A DNA stretch of 64,000 bases. Origin: a virus (Duplodnaviria; Heunggongvirae; Uroviricota; Caudoviricetes). Positions within the stretch are counted from its first letter, which is position 1; every line of letters begins with the position of its first letter. The stretch lies in the IMG/VR virus record IMGVR_UViG_2651869821_000001, one strand, 5' to 3'. The notes below the pieces were generated by a model. The model did no database searches and had not been told where the DNA came from. It saw only the letters and a list, made by a program, of their open reading frames with translations. Positions 9,209 through 18,236 of this stretch are shown piece by piece. Both the position numbers and the translations under genes were made by a program.

Positions 9209-10531
9209 ATGGAAAAACTGATTGCCCTAAAGCATAAGCTGGATGCCATCAAAACGATGGGAACCAACGCCAAGAAAGAGGCGCTGGCCAACCTTGATGA
9301 ATTTGAGCAGAGCATGGTCTCGCTAATGCTCAACCCATTTATTCGATTCGGTGTGAAGAAGTACAAAGTGGCCAAGCCACTCGAAACTTCTGTACCCAGC
9401 GACCAGAAAGTAGTAGAGCTGCTGGAGAAGCTGGCGGCGCGCGAACTGACCGGGAACGCGGCCATTACTGCTGTCGAATCACTCGTTGCCTCGATGTGCG
9501 CTGACGGGCAGGACGTGTTTCGTCGCTTCCTGCTGAAAGATCCGAAAGCCGGCGTCGGTATCAGCCTGTGCAATAAGGTGTTCGAAAACCCAATTCCGAA
9601 GTTTGAGGTACAGCTGGCCTCTCCGTACAAGGAGAAAGGCGACAAATACCCATTCAAACCAAACCCCAAAGCCAGGTGGCCAATGATCGGCAGTCTCAAG
9701 CTGGATGGGCTGCGCGTCATCTGTGAAGTCATTGTAGATGAGGAAGAGGTTAATTTCCTGTCGCGCACCGGCAACCTTATAACATCTCTCGATCACCTTA
9801 AACCCGCCATGCTGGAGTTGGGGAAGCTATCAGGCTACAAACACATCTTCTTTGATGGCGAAGGTACTGCTGGTTCGTTTAATAACTCCGTCTCAGCGCT
9901 GCGCAAGAAGAAGGTGAAGGCTGTCGGCGCCATCTACCATATCTTCGATTTCTTTCTTCCTGAGTGGCGCGTTCAGGCTAAAACGATCGAATACCAGAAG
10001 AGCGGTATGAAGCTGAAACAGCGTCTCTCAATGTTGGTGGCGTGGTTCAAAAATACTCGCGGTCAGGATTACGCTACAGATATTCATATGCATCCCTTCT
10101 ACATCATTTACAGCCACGAAGACTATGTAGAACGCTTTATGAAGCGTCTGGACGCAAATGAAGAAGGGGAGATGGGTAAAGATCCTGATTCCGTCTATGA
10201 ATTCAAGCGCACCCGTAGCTGGTGGAAACTAAAAGATGAAAACGAAGCTGATGGAGAGATTATCGGCTTCCTACCTGGAGATCCGGATGCTGGCTTTGCA
10301 CATACCCTCGGCAAAATCGTCATTCGACTCGAAGATGGAACTGAGGTCCGCGCTTCTGGAATCAAGCATCGCTACCTCGATGAGATCTGGCATAACCAGG
10401 ACAAATACATGGGGCGTATTGTGAAGGTGAATTTCCACGAGTATACGCCAGATGGCAGTCTGCGTCATCCGCGGCTGAAATGGCCTAAATGCCTTCGTGA
10501 TACCGAAGAACGTATCGGAGATAAAGAATGA
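9209..10531 (+). CDS. ATP-dependent DNA ligase
   Basis: KLDGLRV (KxDG adenylation motif I), 440 aa; sits in the replication gene block. Confidence 0.75.
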   Translation: MEKLIALKHKLDAIKTMGTNAKKEALANLDEFEQSMVSLMLNPFIRFGVKKYKVAKPLETSVPSDQKVVELLEKLAARELTGNAAITAVESLVASMCADGQDVFRRFLLKDPKAGVGISLCNKVFENPIPKFEVQLASPYKEKGDKYPFKPNPKARWPMIGSLKLDGLRVICEVIVDEEEVNFLSRTGNLITSLDHLKPAMLELGKLSGYKHIFFDGEGTAGSFNNSVSALRKKKVKAVGAIYHIFDFFLPEWRVQAKTIEYQKSGMKLKQRLSMLVAWFKNTRGQDYATDIHMHPFYIIYSHEDYVERFMKRLDANEEGEMGKDPDSVYEFKRTRSWWKLKDENEADGEIIGFLPGDPDAGFAHTLGKIVIRLEDGTEVRASGIKHRYLDEIWHNQDKYMGRIVKVNFHEYTPDGSLRHPRLKWPKCLRDTEERIGDKE

Positions 10532-10690
10532 TGCTCGGTTGGATGATCGTTTTTTTGGGTGTCGGTTTCGTCATCGGAATTCTGGTGATGTCCAGCTGTA
10601 TCAACGATTACGTGAAGCGCGGGCTGATGGAAAGACGTGGTCGCATATGCCGCATCATCGAAATTACTAACACGCTAAAGGAGACTGGCG

Positions 10691-10906
10691 ATGATCGTAT
10701 TAAGTAAGCGGGAAAGGGAAACCTTGCGTGAAATCAGTAAATGGTCGTGCTTTTATGCTCATTGGCAACCAAAAACGCGTGCCAAACTTGAGAAAATGAA
10801 CTTGGTGGCCAACGTCGAGCCGGAAGGGAAAGCGGAGAATTATCAACTGACCAATAAAGGCCGAGAATTACTGAAACAACTGACGGAAACAGGTGCTTAC
10901 TCATGA
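10691..10906 (+). CDS. Hypothetical small protein
   Basis: 71-aa ORF in series with neighbouring small ORFs (10529..10705 and 10902..11054 are also plausible small membrane proteins). Confidence 0.3.
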   Translation: MIVLSKRERETLREISKWSCFYAHWQPKTRAKLEKMNLVANVEPEGKAENYQLTNKGRELLKQLTETGAYS

Positions 10907-11051
10907 TTCCATACATCACATTAGCTTTGATTGTTGGCACGAGCCTCGGCTTCATCGCACATCGACATCTGGTTAAGCAGCAGCTTAAAACAAAATCTAT
11001 GCGCATAGGCAAGCGTGTATATCGTGTAGTTCATGAAACAGGAGTGTCAAA

Positions 11052-11357
11052 ATGACGGAACTCACCTCACTCGACTGGTGGCTGGCCGCCTACTTTACGG
11101 CGGCTGGCGTTGCGTGCGCATTCGCTACAGGCCAATTTATTGTGAAATGGTTGCTGATAAAGTTTGCCAGTAAAAAGCGTATCGATGATGGATTATGGCG
11201 TCTTGGCGTCCTATTGGAAATCCGTTATGGGGAACTGAAGGCGCACGAGAGTATTACTATCCAAGGTAAGCGATTTACCGCCACTGTCTCACGAACCCCC
11301 TCTTCGAAGGGGAGCTTGATTAAAAAGTTATCAACTGAACGCATAAAAGATAGATAA
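11052..11357 (+). CDS. Small membrane protein
   Basis: N-terminal TM (LDWWLAAYFTAAGVACAFA), 101 aa. Confidence 0.35.
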   Translation: MTELTSLDWWLAAYFTAAGVACAFATGQFIVKWLLIKFASKKRIDDGLWRLGVLLEIRYGELKAHESITIQGKRFTATVSRTPSSKGSLIKKLSTERIKDR

Positions 11358-12070
11358 GTATTTACTTATTTTTGTTATATGTATAAGATTGCTTTGTTTT
11401 CGTTAGTACGCGACTGTTTGAACGTTTAAAGATAACTGCAAACGACAATCAGTATCTGGCAGTAGCCTAATAAGCCAAACACCAGCGAGGTCAGTTTCCA
11501 GCCTCGTCACCGAAATGGGACACACTGAGCGAGTGTGATTGCAGAACGCAGGAGAGGGCATGCATGGCACGACACCACTCATGCATGCCCTCTTCGATGA
11601 AGTAACAGGATGGGCGGTTGGTTTCCTCATTCCATTCACCCATCCCGGTTTCAGTTATCGACCGCCCATCCTGTTACGTCATTTCCATTACTTATGTCGT
11701 TTAATCTGGGTTAAAGCGGCGACGTAACCCGGCTGGCGTGGTTAGCCAGCACACAACGTTGAGACCACTGTTTTCTTTCAATCATACAGTGAAATCCACA
11801 GAGGCTGTAAGACTGACAAGGTTGTAATTGGGTAAAACTAATCGGTTAAGTGGTCTCAACGTTGTGGTTAATACCTTCAGGTGTAGCAAATTATGTGATG
11901 CCACAACATGGATGATTCCATATATCCAATAAGATCTAAACATCTGGCGCCTATCAACCGCCGAGTAGTCTTTAAGATCTTCGCTCTATTTGAGCAAGCC
12001 GCAAGCCTCGTCTGGCACTAACGTAAAGTGCAAGTTGCGGGAAAACTTCGGATTCCGAAGCTAGTACCGC

Positions 12071-12145
12071 TGCGAAATTGATGGTGTAGCTCAGTGGTAG
12101 AGCGGTTGACTGTTAATCAACTGGTCGGTGGTTCGAATCCACCCA
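12071..12145 (+). tRNA. tRNA-Asn (anticodon GTT), CCA encoded
   Basis: Hand-folded cloverleaf: acceptor GATGGTG/CATCATC (one G-U), D arm GCTC-AGTGGTA-GAGC, anticodon arm GTTGA-CTGTTAA-TCAAC, T arm GGTGG-TTCGAAT-CCACC, discriminator G, CCA. Confidence 0.85.
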
Positions 12146-12147
12146 TC

Positions 12148-12339
12148 ATCGCCAATGTGCATATGTCTCATAACCTGGAGCAAGGTTTAGCTGGCCAAGC
12201 GACGAAGGGTGAAGCCGGGTGGCTGGATTGAGCGGTTGGGAAGTGAAAGTCTTAATGAAATCTCCCAGAAATATCCGGATGAGTAAGAGAGAAAGTAAAA
12301 AGGATGAGTAATGGAGCAGGTCAGGTTCGAATCCTGGTA
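12148..12339 (+). ncRNA. tRNA-like element: 5' acceptor half and 3' T-arm/acceptor/CCA separated by about 180 nt (interrupted or intron-containing tRNA?)
   Basis: GTGCATA starts 2 nt after tRNA-Asn. 192 nt downstream lies TCAGG-TTCGAAT-CCTGG-TATGCAC-G-CCA, where TATGCAC is the exact complement of the 5' 7-mer. I could not fold a complete cloverleaf in between. Confidence 0.25.
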
Positions 12340-12678
12340 TGCACGCCAACACAACAGGTAATAGCATTCGCTTGTAACGGGATCATAGCCCAATCTACAG
12401 GTTCGCCAAGAATGCTATTACCGTTGTGATGAATTGCAGCTCTTTGAAGCAACCAGAAGATAAGCATCTGGCGTCACAACAAGCTAAATTTTGAGACACA
12501 TCGCTGAACGGTTTGGTTTCTCTTTAATTGAAATGACTCCGCTAACGTCACCCAGACCGTTCAACGCTGTGATAGACATTACAGCAGACGTTATTAACCA
12601 TAGTAGTGCTTCCTAGCATCGTAGCAACACTTTTTCAGCGCAAAATTTAAAGGGGCTTATGCCCCTTTTCTCTTTTAG

Positions 12679-13998
12679 TTAGTTAAAACTGAGCGAATTA
12701 AGATTTGCTTTGTAAGCATCGATCACTCTTTCAACCTCATTCACTATTCTATCAATCCTCTCAGAATGCTGCGGATTAGATTTGAGTTCTAAATATGCTT
12801 TTGATAAAGCATATTTAGACAGACTATATCCTATGTTTTCAGCAAGCATATTGTCAACGCCATTAGTTAGCAATATACCAGTCTGTCTGGTATCGAAAGA
12901 ATGTTTATAGTAAAGCTTAATAAGCCTTTTCAGATGTTTTTCATCCTTGATTGCTCTCTCGTCTAAACCAGTTATTTTAAGTTTCCAGCCAATAACACGA
13001 TGCAACGAAGATTCAAACTTAGCCACTTCCTCGGCTGCTTTTTCCATGTTCAATTCTATGCTGTTTCTCATGTATAGAGGTAATTTATTGAATATTTCCA
13101 ATAAATGCTGTTGGCAGGGGTTGTTATAGGTCCATAGAACTGCGAATGTAACCCTTTGGTGTCGGTTTAACACATTGGTATTAGGGGGCTCGCGACCACG
13201 AACCATTTCATCAACATAAAACTCTACGCCTCTTCGATATTCTTTGTTAAATATCTCACTGACATATGAATCTAAGAAATGAACTTTTGATATTGCATCT
13301 TCAAAAAAAAGCTCACTTTCAAAAAAGTTATATTTGTTTAGTAGGTTGTAAAGTTTCTTTGCGTCATAAGTTTTGTTATTATCGATATTAAGGCCAAAAA
13401 TGGCAATTAGCAGGCTTACTTTTGGGCTAATGCTGTTGCGCAACTGTTCTATGTAAGATCTCTTTTCACTATCAGCCGATGACGGCAGATAGAAGTCTTT
13501 ATCTAAATAGTTTAGTATTAGGATAATATGGTTAATATACTTTATATAAACAGGATTTTTTGTTGTGTAGTAATACATCCTTTTGATCGTATTAATCTCT
13601 AATTTAACATCATCAAACTGAGTGTCAGTTAATAAGGTCTTATTCACATCATCAAGCAATTTATTATGCTGTTCAAGTAATATGCCGTACCATTCTTTAA
13701 AAGAGGCTTTTTTCATTTCAAGAAGCGAAGCCGATGTCAGTTGAGTGGCCTTCATCGCAGCCTTTGCGCTATTCCTTGCTTCGTAAGCAGCCCAAGCAGT
13801 AGCTAAAGTGCCAAGCGTACCTATAACCTCTACGTTTTCCTTAACGACATCCCAGAAAATAGTCATCACTGTCCCAAGTATGAGGATTAATAAAACAGGC
13901 ATTTTATAAGTGTCTTTGGTTAATTTTGGAACTGAATGATACCTAATCGACCATATCATTTCAGCTAGTTTAAAGCTGTCTCGACGAATCTGGCGCAC
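12679..13998 (-). CDS. Hypothetical membrane-anchored protein encoded by an AT-rich opposite-strand insert (moron); candidate exclusion/abortive-infection-type function
   Basis: 439-aa minus-strand ORF visibly much more AT-rich than its neighbours (by eye). One TM (PVLLILILGTVMTIFWDVV) after about 30 residues, remainder alpha-helical and K/N/Y-rich. Followed by hairpin GGGGCTTATGCCCC. Confidence 0.6.
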   Translation of the reverse strand: MRQIRRDSFKLAEMIWSIRYHSVPKLTKDTYKMPVLLILILGTVMTIFWDVVKENVEVIGTLGTLATAWAAYEARNSAKAAMKATQLTSASLLEMKKASFKEWYGILLEQHNKLLDDVNKTLLTDTQFDDVKLEINTIKRMYYYTTKNPVYIKYINHIILILNYLDKDFYLPSSADSEKRSYIEQLRNSISPKVSLLIAIFGLNIDNNKTYDAKKLYNLLNKYNFFESELFFEDAISKVHFLDSYVSEIFNKEYRRGVEFYVDEMVRGREPPNTNVLNRHQRVTFAVLWTYNNPCQQHLLEIFNKLPLYMRNSIELNMEKAAEEVAKFESSLHRVIGWKLKITGLDERAIKDEKHLKRLIKLYYKHSFDTRQTGILLTNGVDNMLAENIGYSLSKYALSKAYLELKSNPQHSERIDRIVNEVERVIDAYKANLNSLSFN

Positions 13999-14107
13999 CA
14001 GCCTTTCAAAGTTCTTTCAGCAAGACAAATAAACCCATAAATAGGTAATGACTTACCTATTTATTTTAGCTATAGTCACGACAGTTACTCACTTGAAAGG
14101 AATCAAT

Positions 14108-14881
14108 ATGGGAAACAAGCGTAAACAGGCGCGACGCGCAGCTCGTCAGGTACTAAAGAACAAATCACGCATTCGTGGTTATGAAATCGACACAATCATT
14201 GTTGACGAACTGGCTGCCGCCCCTGCTCTGCCTCCGAAACCGAAGCGCGATAACTCTCCAATCGAAGCCCTCAACGAAGCTCAGGCTCATTATCTTATCT
14301 CGTTAGATAATAAGGCGCTAACTTTTGCCACTGGTGAGGCAGGCTGTGGCAAAACATACCTGGCTACTGCTGTCGCAGCGCAACGTCTTCTGGATAAGGA
14401 AGTCGATAAGATCATCGTTACTCGTCCTGTATTGCAAGCAGAAGAAGATCTGGGGTTCCTTCCTGGCGATATAAGCGAGAAATTTGCTCCATTCTTCCGG
14501 CCAGTCTATGACGTGCTACAGAAGCGTCTGGGTAGCTCATTTCTCGAATATTGCTTAAAGCCAGATGTTGCGAAAGTGGAGATTGCTCCCTTCGCATATA
14601 TGCGTGGACGCACGTTCGAAAATGCTGTCGTGATACTGGATGAAGCACAAAACGTTACGGTGTCACAAATGAAAATGTTCTTGACCCGGATGGGTGAGAA
14701 CGTAACGGTTATCGTTAACGGGGATATTACCCAATGCGATCTGCCAGGCAATGTCAAATCAGGGCTGGAAGACGCACTGGAGCGGTTCCAACCGTCCAGC
14801 CAAGTTGGTCTGATTGAATTCATGGCCGAAGACTGCGTGCGTTCTGAATTGTGCAAAATTGCACTTGAAGCTTATTTATAG
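14108..14881 (+). CDS. phoH: PhoH-like ATPase
   Basis: GEAGCGKTYLA Walker A and ILDEAQN..GDITQCDL signature; start taken at ATG 14108 with AAGGA RBS (track ORF starts at 14048). Confidence 0.8.
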   Translation: MGNKRKQARRAARQVLKNKSRIRGYEIDTIIVDELAAAPALPPKPKRDNSPIEALNEAQAHYLISLDNKALTFATGEAGCGKTYLATAVAAQRLLDKEVDKIIVTRPVLQAEEDLGFLPGDISEKFAPFFRPVYDVLQKRLGSSFLEYCLKPDVAKVEIAPFAYMRGRTFENAVVILDEAQNVTVSQMKMFLTRMGENVTVIVNGDITQCDLPGNVKSGLEDALERFQPSSQVGLIEFMAEDCVRSELCKIALEAYL

Positions 14882-14889
14882 GTAACTAA

Positions 14890-15138
14890 ATGACCGAGAT
14901 CACAATATACGGACGCGACAACTGCTCATACTGCAAACGAGCGGTCGAGCTGGCGAAACAGCTGCAAAGCCGCGGTTATGGCGAGTACGAATACATTGAC
15001 ATCGTGGCGGCCGGCATTGGGAAGGAGAAGTTAAGCGAACTGGTAGGTAAATCGGTAGAAACCATACCACAGGTCTTTGTTAATGGGGAGCCGATCGGTG
15101 GATACGAGGAGTTTGCTGAGTTAGCAAGTATTATGTAA
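14890..15138 (+). CDS. Glutaredoxin (NrdH/NrdC-like redoxin)
   Basis: 82 aa, IYGRDNCSYCKRA CxxC active site, TIPQVF, GGYEEF; typical partner of RNR. Confidence 0.75.
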   Translation: MTEITIYGRDNCSYCKRAVELAKQLQSRGYGEYEYIDIVAAGIGKEKLSELVGKSVETIPQVFVNGEPIGGYEEFAELASIM

Positions 15139-15168
15139 AAGAAGGGCCACTTATGTGGCCCTTCTTTA
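15139..15168. terminator. Bidirectional rho-independent terminator between convergent genes
   Basis: AAGAAGGGCCAC-TTAT-GTGGCCCTTCTTT perfect 12-bp stem with A and T runs on both sides. Confidence 0.75.
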
Positions 15169-15177
15169 CTGAATCTT

Positions 15178-15444
15178 TTAAATTTCGTTTAATTCTCGGA
15201 CGAGACTACCTTTCAACTTTCTGCGTAATAGTGTGGCAGATGAATGTTTTTTGCCCGCAGAAAGACCAGCTTTAAGGCCGCGTAAATACGCCTCGGAGTT
15301 AGCGGGGTGAGTCTTCAACTCGGCAGTAACCAACGCCTGCAAAACCTTCTTCTCACCATTAATAGAGCCGAGAAGTGCGGTGCGTTCGTGCTTATTGTAA
15401 TACGACATAGCAGGCTCTCCCCTCTGTAATTGTTTTGTACGCAT
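15178..15444 (-). CDS. Hypothetical small basic protein
   Basis: 88-aa minus-strand ORF (likely start MSYYNKHER); overlaps the 3' end of the upstream minus-strand gene. Confidence 0.3.
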   Translation of the reverse strand: MRTKQLQRGEPAMSYYNKHERTALLGSINGEKKVLQALVTAELKTHPANSEAYLRGLKAGLSAGKKHSSATLLRRKLKGSLVRELNEI

Positions 15445-15961
15445 GTAAGTCTTCCGGTATCAGTGGTCGCGGAGCTTTCTTTGGCAACCCTGTACGTATA
15501 TTATAGCGCGGTTCACTTTTTAACCCAAGCATATAGTCATAGGTCTCTTCAAGAGTCGTGCGGCGCCCAATGTCCACGACACCACCAGAAGCGGCCTGGA
15601 ATACAAATCCACCAATGTTAAATTTTTCATAGTGCGCGATTAGCGCCAATGAAACCGTTTGCAAAACCACAGCACTCCCTAATCCCTCAAATTTGACGTG
15701 GCGGAAGTCGGCCAAACCATCCATACCGTCAAAAACGTCAAAATAAACTTCTGCCATTCCGTTTGCAGGAAATGCAATGCCAGGGGGCATCTCGTATCCG
15801 ATTCGAGTGAAGGTCACTTCGTCAACCAGACTCCCCACAATAACGGTATATACTTCATTGCCGGCAACAAAAACGTAGCTGTGATGAACTCGATGATCAT
15901 AAACGAATTTTTTTCGTCTCATCCCATAATCATCGAGAAAAACTTCTTCTTCTATGCGCAC
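15392..15961 (-). CDS. Hypothetical protein
   Basis: 189-aa minus-strand ORF, no motif I can name. Confidence 0.4.
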   Translation of the reverse strand: MRIEEEVFLDDYGMRRKKFVYDHRVHHSYVFVAGNEVYTVIVGSLVDEVTFTRIGYEMPPGIAFPANGMAEVYFDVFDGMDGLADFRHVKFEGLGSAVVLQTVSLALIAHYEKFNIGGFVFQAASGGVVDIGRRTTLEETYDYMLGLKSEPRYNIRTGLPKKAPRPLIPEDLHAYKTITEGRACYVVLQ

Positions 15962-16040
15962 TTATTGCCCCTTTAAGAAGCATTTCATTTTGTGTGGCAT
16001 CATTGTCCTTTAATTCTTATTTTCCGTCAAACTGACTATA

Positions 16041-16073
16041 AATGATTCCATACCTATTAAGTATGGAATCATT
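16041..16073. promoter_or_regulatory. lox/dif-like core recombination site, 13-7-13 (AATGATTCCATAC-CTATTAA-GTATGGAATCATT)
   Basis: Perfect 13-bp inverted arms around a 7-bp asymmetric spacer, about 95 bp upstream of the tyrosine recombinase gene. Confidence 0.6.
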
Positions 16074-16168
16074 GACAAAAAACCGTTAAGTTTATGTTGA
16101 TCCTATAAGAAACAATGCCTAATATACTGTTTATGCATACAGTAAAGGCGTAACTCAGTGATTGGACT

Positions 16169-17275
16169 ATGAAAAATTCCTTTGATAGAGCACGCGCAGC
16201 CGAGAACACCTCTCAAGAGACGATTGAATATCTCGACCGAGCATCACAAATGACTACGATGGCAGCCTCTCTGGTAAGTGGCGACATGCGGTTTTCAGAT
16301 GCTTTTCAGTTATTCACTCGCTTATCTTTACTGATAACAAGACGTCGACCGGAAATAGCAGTTCACTGCATTTTGATACATGTTTTGCCATTCATAGCAG
16401 ATGTAAAAGTAAGTGATATAAACAGGGTTTTAGTCAACCAACTGGTGAACCCACTGATACTGGAAGGCAAGATAGTTATGGGGAGACGCGTGTTTTCCCT
16501 GATGAAACAATTTCTGGGATGGTGTGCCTTTCAAGGGATGATTGATACATCTCCTCTTAACGATCTGTCGCTGAACAAGGTCGCCGGTGGTGCCAAACCT
16601 GCACCGCGAGAAAGAAAGTTGACTGATGCCGAAGTCTGGGTTTTTTGGAATGTCTGGGATTATTTTAATGTATGCCCTGGTACAAAATGGGCCGCTAGAC
16701 TCTGTCTCGTAGCCGCTAGACGGCCAGATGAAGTACTGCGAGCTGGAGTACAGGAGTTTGATTTAAAAAGAGGTGTATGGAATCAAGGTACACGTAACAA
16801 ATCAGCCAGACATCATTCACTACCTTTAAGTTCGCTGATGAAGAAGTGCGTTGAGGAGCTTATCAATTATGGCAAAGGTAGCAAATGGCTCGTTCCGTCT
16901 AATAAGCAGCCAGGAAAAGATGTTCCTATGTCTAAGGTGGCCATAGCACAAGCTTTAAGAAGGATTCTTGAACGCCCTGAGCTTATGGATGTGGAAGCAT
17001 TTACACCACGAGATTTAAGACGTACAGCTAGAAGCTATTTTCCAGCATTAGGGATTAATCCTGAAGTCTCGCGTAAGATTATGAATCACAGCCTTGAGGG
17101 AATGGATCGCGTCTACGATCGACACGATTACATGGATGAGATGCGAGTCGCCCTGGAAGGTTTTTCGACATACATCGCATCCATAGTAAATCAAAACGAT
17201 TTAGACGAGATAGACCACAAATTCAAGGGAGATCGTCTAGCCACCGAGCTTATTCGTATAAACTTCTCACAGTGA
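16169..17275 (+). CDS. Tyrosine site-specific recombinase (Cre/XerD-like; probable multimer resolution or integration)
   Basis: C-terminal catalytic-domain pattern ..RPDEVLR..HSLPLS..LVPSNKQ..TPRDLRRTARS..MNHS..YDRHDY; 368 aa. Confidence 0.8.
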   Translation: MKNSFDRARAAENTSQETIEYLDRASQMTTMAASLVSGDMRFSDAFQLFTRLSLLITRRRPEIAVHCILIHVLPFIADVKVSDINRVLVNQLVNPLILEGKIVMGRRVFSLMKQFLGWCAFQGMIDTSPLNDLSLNKVAGGAKPAPRERKLTDAEVWVFWNVWDYFNVCPGTKWAARLCLVAARRPDEVLRAGVQEFDLKRGVWNQGTRNKSARHHSLPLSSLMKKCVEELINYGKGSKWLVPSNKQPGKDVPMSKVAIAQALRRILERPELMDVEAFTPRDLRRTARSYFPALGINPEVSRKIMNHSLEGMDRVYDRHDYMDEMRVALEGFSTYIASIVNQNDLDEIDHKFKGDRLATELIRINFSQ

Positions 17276-17653
17276 CTTGATGGCTTCAACAACCTTTTCA
17301 GAAGCGCCATGCTGACCATCAAAGCGCTGGCGAAACGCTTCTAAAACTTTCTTTTCGTCCGGAGAAAGAGGCGCTGTACCTTCTTCTCTAAAGAACTCCA
17401 GGAGTTCTGGGTGGCGCTCTTCAAGCACCATCAACATCAGACGAACAGGGTCGGCCCCAAGAGCATTTGCCAGTGGGCGAACCTTATCAATCGGTAAAGG
17501 GATTTTGCCACTCTTGATAAGCGAAAGGTTATTAGGGTTTTTATAACCTATTTCACTGGCAATAGTTGCCTGATTTTTAGAAGAAATCGTAATTAGAGAA
17601 TCGATGTATGCAGCGTATCGACCTGATTTATTTTCTGTTTCTTTGGTAGCCAT
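17267..17653 (-). CDS. XRE-family HTH transcriptional regulator (repressor-like)
   Basis: QATIASEIGYKNPNNLSLIKSGK helix-turn-helix; 128 aa; convergent with the recombinase and divergent from downstream plus-strand genes; palindromes in its 5' region. Confidence 0.7.
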   Translation of the reverse strand: MATKETENKSGRYAAYIDSLITISSKNQATIASEIGYKNPNNLSLIKSGKIPLPIDKVRPLANALGADPVRLMLMVLEERHPELLEFFREEGTAPLSPDEKKVLEAFRQRFDGQHGASEKVVEAIKSL

Positions 17654-17915
17654 AGTTAAACCTTGCGTGTTTTGTTTATCTCTGGTAAGTGCTTACCGAT
17701 ATTACAGTAAAGGCTAGGGTTGTAAAGACTTATCTATCTATTTTAGAAGGCATCAAAGTACTTGCCAAGCGGCAGTATAACACGGCTCAAGTTACTTATC
17801 TTGCCTGGTTATGAAGGAGAAAAGTGAGATATATCTGATATAGATATATTTAGTTTTGATACAATAGGTAGTAGTATTTGATAAAATTTAACCGTGTTCA
17901 GTTGGATGATATGAA

Positions 17916-18128
17916 ATGAAAAATATTACTTCTGATTTGACCGCCCTTGAGGTTGGAACAGCTTATGCGCTAAAAGAGGAAAATGCCGCGACAATTCTTA
18001 CCGAGTTCCCAGCTGTTGAGCTACCCCTGGACATGAACGATGCAACCGCATTCAAGTTTGAGTATTGCAACAAGCGCTTCACTTTGATTAACACCGGCTG
18101 CGGCTCAATAGCAGTTAGAACGAATTAA
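17916..18128 (+). CDS. Hypothetical small protein
   Basis: 70-aa ORF after the divergent promoter region. Confidence 0.35.
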   Translation: MKNITSDLTALEVGTAYALKEENAATILTEFPAVELPLDMNDATAFKFEYCNKRFTLINTGCGSIAVRTN

Positions 18129-18236
18129 CCTAACTTCCCACCTCCGTGACCTGTACGAACAGTTTTGATGCCTGTTCGTACAGCGCTAAATTACTAACAC
18201 AAGAAAACAAATTGTTTTAGCGACAAGGAAAATCTC

